64,000 nt of DNA, taken from positions 1,702 to 65,701 of the IMG/VR virus record IMGVR_UViG_3300031415_000002; one strand, given 5' to 3'. The position numbers were made by a program, and so were the translations under genes. The DNA comes from a virus. Taxonomy: Duplodnaviria > Caudoviricetes. Shown here piece after piece: positions 1-9,464 of this stretch (position 1 is its first letter; every line of letters starts with the position of its first letter). The notes under the pieces are model-generated. The model did no database searches, was not told the DNA's origin, and worked only from the letters and a program-made list of their open reading frames with translations.

Positions 1-128
1 AATGCCTGACCGACGACGGATTCAATCAATGCGGCGCAATTTTTACGGGCAAGCGCTGGTCCAGCCTGTCGCCAAAGGGTGTGTTTCAGGCTAGTATGCC
101 GGTTTTGCGGAGTTGGCGGGTTGGGTAG
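1..128 (+). CDS. 3' end of upstream tail gene (possibly NlpC/P60-like tail protein), partial
   Basis: Frame from nt 3 reads CLTDDGFNQCGAIFTGKRWSSLSPKGVFQASMPVLRSWRVG*; TAG at 126-128 overlaps the next start. Confidence 0.5.
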   Translation, partial: CLTDDGFNQCGAIFTGKRWSSLSPKGVFQASMPVLRSWRVG

Positions 129-2925
129 AACTCTTGGCTCAATCATTACGCTTGCTGGCGCTGTTGCCGTCAACGTAATCCCCGGATTGGGGCAAATTGC
201 CAGCGCTGCCATTCTCATTGGTACGGCTGTTGCAGGAACGATTGTTTCTCGTTTGGGGCAAAAGGCGAGCAAGCCCGATCTTACGATTTCAAGTCAAAAA
301 CAGGCGATCCCGGCTCGCGTCAGGGCATTCGGAAGGTCGCGCCTCCACGCTTATTTTGCACTGTACAAGGCTGCGCCCGATGGAAGTGTGGTGGACACCT
401 ATGCTTTTATGGATGGCCCTGCCGACGCTATTGAGCAAGTTTATCTAAACGACGACAAGGTGGCGATTAACGGCGGCGTGGTACAGGCTTTGGCGAACAA
501 AGCGTATCAGAGTGGTAAGGTTCTAGCGGGATACACCAAGGGCGCATATCCCAATGTTTCCTTCACTGCCGTAATGGCCAAAATTACCAGCTATACCGCA
601 AAATTCCGTGGTGATGGCGTCGTAACAGGCTACCTCATTAAACAGCCAGAAAAAGAAAAATACTATCTAGAGACATATCCGCAAGGCGACAATGTGGAAA
701 TGTCGATGGTGGGCCGATGGTCCTATCAATATGACCCGCGCGACCCGTCGCAGAATATCGCGGACGATCCTACGCGACCTGAAATGTGGAGCGGAGGCAA
801 TTACATCGGTTCATGGAAATGGACCGAAAACCCAGTGCTGCACTTGCTCTGGTTTCTGGTGTGGGACAGGGGATATTCCTATGACACCCGCATTAAACCC
901 GCGCTAGATTTCTGGAAGAATGCGGCGAACATTTGTGATGAGGCGGTTGCGCTGAAAGAGGGCGGCACCGAGCCGCGCTATCGCTCTTGCGTGTCCTACG
1001 CCTACACGTCTAGCGAAAAGGAAATCATCGCCGCCATTGTCGAGACTTTTGACGGATGGATTCAAGAGCGCGGCGACGGCGCTTTCGTAGTGTATGCGGG
1101 CAAGGTTTACACGCCTACCGTTATCATCGGTCCTGACGAAATCGTCAGCGCAAATTTGCAGAATTTTGTCGAAAAAGAAAACAGCATCGAGCAAGTCAAG
1201 GTCACGTACATCAGCGCGCTACACGATTACAGCGAGCAGGAAGCGACGCCTTGGGGTGGCGAAAACGGTGCGACGCGTATCGGCACAATGGACGCGGCAA
1301 CGCCAAGCTATAGCCAGAACCGCCGCCTAGCCAAACGCGTAATGGACCGCACCAATGCCACGCAGCGCGGCACTATCACGACGACGCTTGCGGGGCGCAA
1401 GGTGCGGGGCCAGCGCTTTATCAATCTCAATCACACCGAGGGCGGTATCCCGTTCTTTGTCGGCTTGGTCGAGATAACCAAAGTAGCGCGTAATTTTGAG
1501 ACAGGAGGCTTGGACTTCGATTGGATCGCGGTCGATCCTAACATTGATGCATGGAACCCTGCAACCGAACAGGGCATGGGCGCTCCGGTTGGCGATCCTG
1601 TGACCCCTGATCTTTTGACCGCGCCCACGATCACAAGCGCGTCCCCGGTGTACGACCAGTCCGGTCAAGATAGCACGGGCACGCGCATCAGCGCGACCGT
1701 AGAAGCGCCGCAATCCGGCGCTGATTACACATGGTATTTGCGCTGGAAAAAGACCGCTGACTCCGTCTGGAACGAGCAACGCTATGACGATACCGATCCA
1801 GGGGCGGGCGTTACACTTCTAACCAGCTTCGTACCTACAGACGAAAGCATTGACCTGCAAGCCGAATATAGCAACGGCGCTGGCCAAACGAGCGGGTGGA
1901 GCGCGACCTATACGATTGACACGTCCACCGATGCCACGGTGCCGGATGCGGCTACGTCCATCACGCAAACGAATTGGAGCGACACGCTAGATTTGGTGAC
2001 GGACTATATTCCGCGCGCACGGTCGTATCGCTGGCAATTCTTTGCAGCCGATGGTACGACGCTTATCCGCACACTGATTACCAGCGGTCGCACCGTGTCG
2101 TATGCCTCACAACAAGCCGCAGTGGACGGCGCTAGGCGGCAATATGTCGTCAAAGTCAACGGCATCAACGGCGCTGGCGCTGGCGCATCTGCATCCACTG
2201 GCGTTCTGACGCTTCCCGCCCCTCCCAAAGTAACGGGCGTAACGGCTACAGGTGGCGCGACCAATGCCGAGGTGGATTTTGACATACAGACCGGCAATGT
2301 GGCGGGATACAGCGTTGCCTATTCCACGGCACAAAACTTCGATCCATTGACGCAAGGTACGATCCAAAAATCCCTTGCCTCGCCTACCTATTTGCAGGGC
2401 TTGGCGGCGGCAACGTTTTACACAAAGGTTGCTGCGTTCGACGCTTGGACTGACCGTCCCGATTTGCTGAATTACAGCGACGAGGCGAGTTTCGTCATCA
2501 CGCAAGGCGGCGGCGGTACTGGCGGCGGAGGCGGGGGCGGCGGCGGCGGATATTGCCCGCATGTCGATACGATGGTCTTGCTTGCCAACGAGGCTAAGGA
2601 TGGTCCCGGCGACCAAAAGCGAGCCGGAGACATGGCAGTGGGCGACTATGTTTGGACCCAGCACGAAAAAACTATGGCGTGGGGCGCTTATCCCGTCACC
2701 GATGTTGCCATTGTCGATTGCGACAATATGTATTTCGTGCAGCTTGGCAACGGCATCCATTGTTCATCCGATCACCAAATCTGGCTGTCTGCTTGGGTGA
2801 AGGCCAGCGAAATCGGCGTCAAGTCAGAGCCGGGGCAAGTCGTCGCCGTGAACGTCGATGAGGCTCACACTTATGTCACGAATGGCGTTCTTAGCCATAA
2901 CGCATCCTCTAAACAATTGCAGTGA
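121..2925 (+). CDS. Tail tip / host-specificity (J-like) protein with FN3-like repeats and C-terminal Hint domain
   Basis: ORF 79..2925; likely start TTG 121 (MGRTLGSIITLAG) after GGAG; typical tail-hub motifs (WTENPVLHLLW, RYRSCVSY, SYSQNRRLAKR); Thr/Ser-rich beta repeats. Confidence 0.85.
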   Translation: MGRTLGSIITLAGAVAVNVIPGLGQIASAAILIGTAVAGTIVSRLGQKASKPDLTISSQKQAIPARVRAFGRSRLHAYFALYKAAPDGSVVDTYAFMDGPADAIEQVYLNDDKVAINGGVVQALANKAYQSGKVLAGYTKGAYPNVSFTAVMAKITSYTAKFRGDGVVTGYLIKQPEKEKYYLETYPQGDNVEMSMVGRWSYQYDPRDPSQNIADDPTRPEMWSGGNYIGSWKWTENPVLHLLWFLVWDRGYSYDTRIKPALDFWKNAANICDEAVALKEGGTEPRYRSCVSYAYTSSEKEIIAAIVETFDGWIQERGDGAFVVYAGKVYTPTVIIGPDEIVSANLQNFVEKENSIEQVKVTYISALHDYSEQEATPWGGENGATRIGTMDAATPSYSQNRRLAKRVMDRTNATQRGTITTTLAGRKVRGQRFINLNHTEGGIPFFVGLVEITKVARNFETGGLDFDWIAVDPNIDAWNPATEQGMGAPVGDPVTPDLLTAPTITSASPVYDQSGQDSTGTRISATVEAPQSGADYTWYLRWKKTADSVWNEQRYDDTDPGAGVTLLTSFVPTDESIDLQAEYSNGAGQTSGWSATYTIDTSTDATVPDAATSITQTNWSDTLDLVTDYIPRARSYRWQFFAADGTTLIRTLITSGRTVSYASQQAAVDGARRQYVVKVNGINGAGAGASASTGVLTLPAPPKVTGVTATGGATNAEVDFDIQTGNVAGYSVAYSTAQNFDPLTQGTIQKSLASPTYLQGLAAATFYTKVAAFDAWTDRPDLLNYSDEASFVITQGGGGTGGGGGGGGGGYCPHVDTMVLLANEAKDGPGDQKRAGDMAVGDYVWTQHEKTMAWGAYPVTDVAIVDCDNMYFVQLGNGIHCSSDHQIWLSAWVKASEIGVKSEPGQVVAVNVDEAHTYVTNGVLSHNASSKQLQ
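2554..2901 (+). other. Hint (bacterial intein-like) domain within the tail tip protein
   Basis: Starts at Cys (YCPHVDTMV) after a poly-Gly linker; block-B-like CSSDH; ends VAVNVDEAHTYVTNGVLSHN, then ASSKQLQ*. Confidence 0.85.
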
Positions 2926-2944
2926 TGTGTGATATGGTGACGCA

Positions 2945-3643
2945 ATGCCGCTAACCCTGCCCGCTCATCTATTTAACCCAGCATCGGTAAAGATGCAGCG
3001 CGTGGGCCAAGTCGTCACGTCGCCCGGCACCATTTCGGGTGTCGTGCAGGCCCTGCGCACCGATGGCGGAGGCTTGTGGCAAATCAATTACGGCGCAATG
3101 GCCTTGCGCACCATTGACCAAGTGCGGGCTTGGCGAGCATGGGAAGGTGAATTGGGGGGCGGCGCTAATATCGTAAACGTGCCCGTTCTGGACCTGCGTT
3201 TTGCGCCGCGCCCCTTGCAAGGCGGTCGATTGGCTAGGCCGGGTTCGCTTCACAATGGCTCGGACGTAGACCCTTATTTCCCAGAAGTGGTAAATTACGG
3301 CGCGCCTATTGTCATCGCCACGATTAGCCCCGCTGCTTTGCGCGCCACAACGGTTACGATCAATGTATCTCAAGGCTCTAGGGCGGGTGGAGGCCAGACG
3401 TTTGAGGTAAATCACCCCACTTGGGGCAAGCGAGTTTATCAGACTGGTCGCGTTATTTCGCGGAATGGTCAATCCGCCACGTTACAAATTTGGCCTCCGC
3501 TGCGCGAAGCCGTTACTTCCGTTACGCCAGTAAATTTTGACTGGCCGTGCCTCGCTTGCCGATTGGTGCCGGATAGTGATATATCGCCTGAATTGTCCGT
3601 TGGTCGCGGGTCTGTCACCGCATCTTTTATTGAGGCTTTCTAA
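2945..3643 (+). CDS. Distal-tail/baseplate-like protein
   Basis: 232 aa ORF in tail operon; GGGLWQINY and RAWRAW motifs resemble alphaproteobacterial phage tail proteins. Confidence 0.55.
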   Translation: MPLTLPAHLFNPASVKMQRVGQVVTSPGTISGVVQALRTDGGGLWQINYGAMALRTIDQVRAWRAWEGELGGGANIVNVPVLDLRFAPRPLQGGRLARPGSLHNGSDVDPYFPEVVNYGAPIVIATISPAALRATTVTINVSQGSRAGGGQTFEVNHPTWGKRVYQTGRVISRNGQSATLQIWPPLREAVTSVTPVNFDWPCLACRLVPDSDISPELSVGRGSVTASFIEAF

Positions 3644-3990
3644 TGTGGCTTCGCGATCCATTGCCGATTGAGGTCAGCCGCGTGGCAAATGTCCCTATTG
3701 GCGGTCAATTTTGGGATGAATCGGCAAACGCGCCGATGGACATTTCAGGGTATACATTTTCGGGACTGGTTGCAAAAAGCGATGGCCTTTCTTCTGTATA
3801 CTCATTTCCCATTTCAGTAACGGAAAAATTAACCGGACTTATTGATTTTTCAATCAATGGCGCAGCCCTTGCGCAATCCGTAGGGCGGCAAGAATCAGTT
3901 GCAATGTCCTATCAAATCAAAGCCACAGACGCGCAAGGCAATAGCGTGATTGCGGTTCGCGGACCCCTTATTCTAACTCCAGGTATTTAA
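3643..3990 (+). CDS. Small beta-sandwich tail adaptor (BppU-N-like)
   Basis: 115 aa; PMDISGYTFSGLV and VRGPLILTPGI pattern; directly precedes the tailspike. Confidence 0.5.
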   Translation: MWLRDPLPIEVSRVANVPIGGQFWDESANAPMDISGYTFSGLVAKSDGLSSVYSFPISVTEKLTGLIDFSINGAALAQSVGRQESVAMSYQIKATDAQGNSVIAVRGPLILTPGI

Positions 3991-3992
3991 CT

Positions 3993-6005
3993 ATGAGTCT
4001 TGCACCTTCTGGGCGTATCAAATTTTTTGTAACTGGCGCGCGCGGCGCTACGTTTGCCGATGTTGCGCGTGGGGCGGGATCGTTTGGCGTTTTGCCAAAT
4101 GACAGCGATGATGCTGTAAACCAAAAATTTGCCGATTATGCGATTCAGCAGAATCCAGGATTTAAGGGTGACACGGGTGACACCGGCCCCGCCGATAACA
4201 CCTACGCCACCAAATCCGATCTGGCTGATTCTGACACAAGCCGAGCGGTGGCATCTTTGAAAGCCGCAGATGGCCAGACTGGCGTTCGCTATTACTGGAC
4301 ACCCGGAAATTTCACCGGGCGCACTGACGTGATTGTAAGCACATTTGATGGCGGCATACCTATCAGTCAAGGAGCCTGGGTGCCGCAGCCAGCAGCCGGT
4401 ATTTCTACCGTCAAAGCCCCGAGCATCGCCCGTAGCCAGCAGGACCAAAACGAGGACGGCTGGAGCGTCTACGACTTCTTCACCAGCTACAATAAGCGCC
4501 AGCTGAGCCGCGATTACAGCGAGAGCGCGGCGGCCGAGTGCACGAACGACGTGAACGCGGCGCTGGCGAGCGGCGAATATATCCGTGCTCCTGCTGGGCT
4601 GCTGCTGACCGAAGGTACACTAATCGGCGGCGATGGGCTGAAATTCCTTGGGGCTGGGCAAGGCCGCTCGCTCATCAAGAAGCCCGCAAACAACCACTCG
4701 CATGTGCTGGATCTGGTCGGCACGACGGTCAAGCGGAACGTCCATTTCGGTGGCTTCACGATCGACGTGAATTTTGCTGATGCTGGCATCGTCATGGAGT
4801 ATTGCGAAGACGGGCTGTTCGAGAACATCCGCATGGTCAACCATCCCTATTGGGGGATCAACCTTGGCGTGTTGGATGGCAACGACACGACGATCCGCAA
4901 CAAGCGGCTGAAGTTTCGCAACCTGTTCTTCGACAACACGACGCTCACTTATGAGCATTTCCTGATCTTCAACAGCGAAGACATCGAGATCGACGGGTTT
5001 TACGGAGCTACCGGGTCGGACGCGATCGGGATCGGGCTGTATCAGAATGTTGACCGGTTCACGCTGCGAAACTTCATGATCCAGAACATCAAGACGGCGA
5101 TTTATTACTCGCTGTCGTGCCGGGCAATCAAGATCATGGATGGTGTCGTGCGTGGCACTACGTCGGGCATCCAAGGCACCAATTTGGCAGATAATGGTGC
5201 GTTTGGGTCGAATTATGCCGAGAACTTGGAGGTCCACCGGACCCGCTTCTTCAATAATACCGACTGCGGCCTATCGCTCGGTGCCCTGTTTCGTGCGACG
5301 GTGAAGGACTGTGAGTTTGAGGCCAACAAGGGTCCCGGCATCCTGTTCGACAAGGGCGGTATCGGGGTGTCCGGCACGCCTGCGCTGGAGCGTCGCGCCA
5401 ACAAAGTACTGGTTGAGAACTGCACGTTCCGCAACAACAACGCAGACAACATCCCCTCCATCAACGCGCCTGGTATTGCGTTTACCGGCATCGGTGGCGA
5501 CATGGATGTGACCATTCGTGACTGTCAGGCGTTCGACGATCGCGTGAATCCCCAACAGCTTTACCCGATCGCATTTGTCGGCCCGTATTCGTGGCAGAAC
5601 GTCCGGGTCATCGGCGGCAACATGCAGGCCTATGGCGGCGCGACGACGATCGGCAAGACGGACGATGCCACGATTGACGTGCAGGCGATGAACGTCCGCA
5701 GCGTGACCACGATGGTCCCGGATGGCGTCTCCGGTGTCTCGTACGTCGGCACGCAGACCTATGATCCGCCCTCACTGGCGGCCGGAGCGCGGACCAATCC
5801 GATCACCGTGACCGTCACTGGCGCGCGCAAAGGCGATAGCTGCACGGTCACGTTCGACCAGATCGTTGGCGAGGTCGTCGCGGACGGCGCGATCGTCGGG
5901 AATGACACTGCTGTCGTCTACCTCACTAATCGGTCGGGCGGCGCGATCGACATGGCCGGTGGAACGCTGGTGGTTACATCAAAAAGAGTGCGGAAAATCT
6001 TATAA
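3993..6005 (+). CDS. Tailspike / polysaccharide depolymerase (right-handed beta-helix)
   Basis: 670 aa; DVNAALASGEYIRAPAG start of helix; Asn/Gly/Ile-rich repeats; C-terminal YDPPSLAAG domain. Confidence 0.8.
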   Translation: MSLAPSGRIKFFVTGARGATFADVARGAGSFGVLPNDSDDAVNQKFADYAIQQNPGFKGDTGDTGPADNTYATKSDLADSDTSRAVASLKAADGQTGVRYYWTPGNFTGRTDVIVSTFDGGIPISQGAWVPQPAAGISTVKAPSIARSQQDQNEDGWSVYDFFTSYNKRQLSRDYSESAAAECTNDVNAALASGEYIRAPAGLLLTEGTLIGGDGLKFLGAGQGRSLIKKPANNHSHVLDLVGTTVKRNVHFGGFTIDVNFADAGIVMEYCEDGLFENIRMVNHPYWGINLGVLDGNDTTIRNKRLKFRNLFFDNTTLTYEHFLIFNSEDIEIDGFYGATGSDAIGIGLYQNVDRFTLRNFMIQNIKTAIYYSLSCRAIKIMDGVVRGTTSGIQGTNLADNGAFGSNYAENLEVHRTRFFNNTDCGLSLGALFRATVKDCEFEANKGPGILFDKGGIGVSGTPALERRANKVLVENCTFRNNNADNIPSINAPGIAFTGIGGDMDVTIRDCQAFDDRVNPQQLYPIAFVGPYSWQNVRVIGGNMQAYGGATTIGKTDDATIDVQAMNVRSVTTMVPDGVSGVSYVGTQTYDPPSLAAGARTNPITVTVTGARKGDSCTVTFDQIVGEVVADGAIVGNDTAVVYLTNRSGGAIDMAGGTLVVTSKRVRKIL

Positions 6006-6781
6006 TGCCTAGAGGTGATCTTTTCGAGGCTATACGCCCCTACGCGCCAGACCAGCGCTTCACCCAAGCTATGGTGGGGCATATTGACGAGTTAGCCGAT
6101 ATGATGGGATTGGATCGAATCGAAAATAAAGTTGAGTACGACGGAGTGATTGGCATGATTGACACAGCATTGCTGCGCATTGCTTGTCCCGAGCGATCGG
6201 AATCCGATCTAATGCCATGGGTCAATCCGGTGCAAACGGCCTGCCTGAAATATGGTATTGATAACGTCCGGCGTGTAGCGGCCTTTCTGGCGCAAATGGC
6301 GCACGAAAGCGGTATGGTGCCGGGACGCGAAGAAAACCTTAATTACAGCGCCAAGCGCATGACTGAGGTTTGGCCATCACGGTTCCCTAATATTGCAGCG
6401 GCTACGCCATACGCTAACAACCCCCAAAAACTTGCAAACAAGGTTTACGCGGGCCGGATGGGTAACGGCGACGAGGCCTCTGGCGATGGCTGGCGCTTTC
6501 GTGGCACTGGGCCAGGGCAGCTTACGGGCCGATCAAATTGGACAGGATTTGGTCGCTCAATAGGCTCTGAAGCAGAGCAAGCAATTGAGTACGGCCGGAC
6601 ACTTGAAGGCGGCGTTATGTCGTTTGCTTGGTTCTGGCGTGAAAATGGCTTGAATACGCTTGCTGACACCCCCGGCGTTGAGGACGAAACGCGAAAAATC
6701 AACGGCGGTACCTTGGGGCTGGCGGATCGCAAGGCGCGGTTTGATCGGGTTGTTGCGGAATTGTTGAGGCGGGGCGCATGA
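6005..6781 (+). CDS. Endolysin, glycoside hydrolase family 19
   Basis: AAFLAQMAHESG, EENLNYSA and GWRFRGTGPGQLTGRSNW motifs. Confidence 0.9.
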   Translation: MPRGDLFEAIRPYAPDQRFTQAMVGHIDELADMMGLDRIENKVEYDGVIGMIDTALLRIACPERSESDLMPWVNPVQTACLKYGIDNVRRVAAFLAQMAHESGMVPGREENLNYSAKRMTEVWPSRFPNIAAATPYANNPQKLANKVYAGRMGNGDEASGDGWRFRGTGPGQLTGRSNWTGFGRSIGSEAEQAIEYGRTLEGGVMSFAWFWRENGLNTLADTPGVEDETRKINGGTLGLADRKARFDRVVAELLRRGA

Positions 6782-7029
6782 ACAAGGAATGGTCCGATCC
6801 GAAGCTATGGATTAGTTTGATCCTTATCGCCTTGTTTGCCTTTGCGTTTATCCACAGGCCAGATGACGAAACCATGCGTGGCGCACTTATCCTGGCGTTC
6901 GCGACTGCCTACGGTTATTGGCTCGGGACCAACAAGGGCGATACGCAAAAAACTGACAACACCACAAAAGCCCTTGATGCCATTAAGGCTGCGCAAGAAT
7001 CCACGCCCAAAAAGGAAGGATTGGAGTAA
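6778..7029 (+). CDS. Holin (2 TM)
   Basis: 83 aa with two hydrophobic segments and a charged C-tail; overlaps the endolysin stop. Confidence 0.7.
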   Translation: MNKEWSDPKLWISLILIALFAFAFIHRPDDETMRGALILAFATAYGYWLGTNKGDTQKTDNTTKALDAIKAAQESTPKKEGLE

Positions 7030-7403
7030 TGCCGCCAATCTGGCTAATTAGTCTAGCTGTCAAGTCCGGCATCACCGGCAAAGCCGCGAAGCTGGCGGCA
7101 TGGGCCATTATTGCTGTAGCCGCCATATTGGCCTGTCTGGCCGTGAGCTACGGCATCGCCTCGCTTTTCCAAAAGCACGACGACAAGGTTGAACAATCCG
7201 TCGTCAGGGATGTGTCATTGGACGCCGCTAATCGCGTGATTGAGGCTGATCGTGCTACCAATGCTAAGATCGCCGAGCAGGTTAAACAGGACCAGCAGAA
7301 CGAAAAGGAACTCGACGATGCGGCTCGCGCTACCTCTAATGGCAGCCATACCGTTTCTTTGCTTGAGCGGATGCGCGAGCAACAGCAAAGTGGCCGTCGC
7401 TAA
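7029..7403 (+). CDS. i-spanin (Rz-like)
   Basis: N-terminal TM anchor followed by a coiled coil; follows the holin. Confidence 0.7.
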   Translation: MPPIWLISLAVKSGITGKAAKLAAWAIIAVAAILACLAVSYGIASLFQKHDDKVEQSVVRDVSLDAANRVIEADRATNAKIAEQVKQDQQNEKELDDAARATSNGSHTVSLLERMREQQQSGRR

Positions 7404-7605
7404 CATCCAAGCCCCGCCTGCCGAGCGCTTGGTTTGCGATCAGGAGGCGAGGGTGCCGGATGTCGTGCTGACGGATACCGTTGTGGCGCAATACATCGCG
7501 GACCTTGCCAAATCCGGGCAATCCTGCCGGACGCAAGTAAATTGGCTGCGCGAATGGTTCAAACGGTTACAAACCTCCAACCCAAGCGCGAAGCCCGATC
7601 AATAA
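7318..7605 (+). CDS. o-spanin (Rz1-like lipoprotein)
   Basis: MRLALPLMAAIPFLCLSGC signal peptide with lipobox LSGC; overlaps the i-spanin in another frame. Confidence 0.75.
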   Translation: MRLALPLMAAIPFLCLSGCASNSKVAVANIQAPPAERLVCDQEARVPDVVLTDTVVAQYIADLAKSGQSCRTQVNWLREWFKRLQTSNPSAKPDQ

Positions 7606-8266
7606 TATCGTCATTGGATAGCGGGTAGGCGCTACCCCTGCGCCAGAATTTGCCAGTTTCAATGATCTTCCCGCTTTCGTCGCATCGACTGACAGGCCCG
7701 AGCGTGCGCAGAAATTCTACGGCCTGACCGATAGCCGATAGATCGCGCTGCGGCCGCTGGTGCGGTTGCTGTTTGATTATGAAGCCATCGCCGGTTTTGC
7801 GCTTGACTGGGGAATTGGTCTTTGGTTCCGGCTGCAAATCACGCACAATTCCGTGCTTGCGTAAATGACGCGACGCCGTATCCCTGTCTATGCCTAGCGC
7901 CTTGGCAGTGTCTGAAATACTGCCATTATAAGCGCTTTCTAGCGCCTCTTTTGTGATTCGGCTGGCACGACCCGGCGCATTGATAGTCTTCGCGCCAGTT
8001 TGTTTCATCCACCTCGAAAACGTAATCGTGCTGCACTTCCAATGTCGGAGTGCATCCTTGCGCGTCATCGTGGCCGTAATGGCCACGAAATCCTCCGGCA
8101 CGTCACGCTTGTTATTACCGACGCGCACGGTTTTCCACGGGCCCAGGTTGTGACGCAGTGCGTAACGCAAAATTGCCTTTTTGGACTTGCCGAACCGCTC
8201 GCCAATCTCAGCGGCACTTTTGCCATCTGCAATCATTTTCGCTACATATTCAGGCGTCAATTGCAT
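7559..8266 (-). CDS. Multi-HTH DNA-binding protein
   Basis: 235 aa; GKSAAEIGERFGKSKKAILRYA and ISDTAKALGIDRDTASRHLRK helix-turn-helix segments. Confidence 0.65.
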   Translation of the reverse strand: MQLTPEYVAKMIADGKSAAEIGERFGKSKKAILRYALRHNLGPWKTVRVGNNKRDVPEDFVAITATMTRKDALRHWKCSTITFSRWMKQTGAKTINAPGRASRITKEALESAYNGSISDTAKALGIDRDTASRHLRKHGIVRDLQPEPKTNSPVKRKTGDGFIIKQQPHQRPQRDLSAIGQAVEFLRTLGPVSRCDESGKIIETGKFWRRGSAYPLSNDDIIDRASRLGWRFVTV

Positions 8267-8280
8267 TTCGGATTCCTGTC

Positions 8281-8553
8281 ATGAATTGGACCGCTCGGGA
8301 AGAGGAACGGTTGCGGGGGTTATGGTTGGCCGGGATGACCGGCGAAGCAATAGCCGCTGAAATGGGCATGTCGCGCGACCGCGTTCTGTCGAAGGTGCGG
8401 CGGCTCCGGCTGGGGAGGGCGTTGCGCTTCGCCGATGAAGTGGCCTGCTATGGGAATATAGAGCGCGCCGCCCTTGCTGTTGGATATAGCGTTGAGCAGG
8501 GGCGGCGGGCTTGGGATAAGATTGTTAAGGGGCTGGGGTGGCAGGCGGTTTAG
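8281..8553 (+). CDS. GcrA-like protein (N-terminal domain only)
   Basis: MNWTAREEERLRGLWLAGMTGEAIAAEMGMSRDRVLSKVRRLRL resembles the GcrA N-terminus; stop codon overlaps that of the convergent gene. Confidence 0.7.
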   Translation: MNWTAREEERLRGLWLAGMTGEAIAAEMGMSRDRVLSKVRRLRLGRALRFADEVACYGNIERAALAVGYSVEQGRRAWDKIVKGLGWQAV

Positions 8554-9065
8554 TTATCAAAACCAAATACAACCCTATCAGCGCCAATACGACGAAGTTC
8601 AGCAACATCCTTAAAAAAGTCATTGCCAAGAAATTCTCGCCACGTCATCATTTTGCCATTTCCTGGCTCAGCGGTGCACGCTCCTGATGTTATAGTTCCA
8701 CCCCAAGGAAGCTCCTTCTGGCCCGTATACCGCCGATCCTCAACAAGGGCGTCGTAATCAAATGCCTCAAGTTCAGCGACGGAAAGCCATGAATGAGAAT
8801 GGTCGCCTAGCCAATCAAAATCATCCACGTCTGGGGCTTTAACATCGACAGGCAGTCCACGCGGAGCAGAAATTGGCTTTACATCGGAATAATTGCGCAC
8901 ACCTGCGAGAAAGCCAAAAACGCTATAATTTCGCCAGCCGAATGGCTCGCCTTCGCCTTCCATCCATTCCATGTCAGGATCTGCATCAGCGCCATCGGCC
9001 CAGCGGCCGCCCTCTATCAGTGATCCGTTTTTATCAATAGCCATACTGTGAATATCGCAACCCAT
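8550..9065 (-). CDS. Conserved phage hypothetical protein
   Basis: 171 aa; MGCDIH and RNYSVFGFLAGVRNY motifs; RBS GGAGG and own promoter. Confidence 0.7.
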   Translation of the reverse strand: MGCDIHSMAIDKNGSLIEGGRWADGADADPDMEWMEGEGEPFGWRNYSVFGFLAGVRNYSDVKPISAPRGLPVDVKAPDVDDFDWLGDHSHSWLSVAELEAFDYDALVEDRRYTGQKELPWGGTITSGACTAEPGNGKMMTWREFLGNDFFKDVAELRRIGADRVVFGFDN

Positions 9066-9087
9066 AAATTCCTCCTACATTGCGCAG

Positions 9088-9130
9088 CCAATCTAACCCC
9101 TCCCCCGCCCCTGTCAACCACTATTTTTAG
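9088..9130 (-). promoter_or_regulatory. Early sigma70-type promoter
   Basis: AAAAATAGTGG-TTGACA (9112-9117)-N16-TAGATT on minus strand. Confidence 0.7.
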
Positions 9131-9179
9131 GTCCGATATGCGCCTTAAACGACGCAAAATCATATGATAAAACAGTGCC

Positions 9180-9464
9180 ATGGCAGAGCAGCTAACAGCT
9201 AACGGCGTGCCGGTGTATCGCGATAGCGCTGGCGTCTTGCGGGAATATACGTCCGCTCCATCGACTGGTGGGGGCGGCGTGTCCTCGCCCGATCTGGATA
9301 CGGACGGAAATCCCGTACCGACGCACAAGTCTCACGCCTATTCATATGATACGTCGGGCAACCTTGTCACGGATTCGTTGACGGATGGTAGCAATACGTG
9401 GGTAAAGACCTTCACGTACCGCATGGGCGTTCTGGCAACCGATAGCGGGTGGGTCAAGCAATGA
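9180..9464 (+). CDS. Small putative virion protein
   Basis: 94 aa; YSYDTSGNLVTD beta-rich; stop overlaps next start. Confidence 0.6.
   Translation: MAEQLTANGVPVYRDSAGVLREYTSAPSTGGGGVSSPDLDTDGNPVPTHKSHAYSYDTSGNLVTDSLTDGSNTWVKTFTYRMGVLATDSGWVKQ

Noticed and set aside
79-120. ORF-track start for the tail tip gene
   Set aside because: Overlaps the upstream gene; TTG 121 has an RBS and a more typical N-terminus
2554-2901. Classical splicing intein
   Set aside because: The +1 residue is Ala, only 7 residues follow, and there is no endonuclease domain
4514-5555. Several long antisense ORFs over the tailspike
   Set aside because: Antisense shadows of biased codon usage
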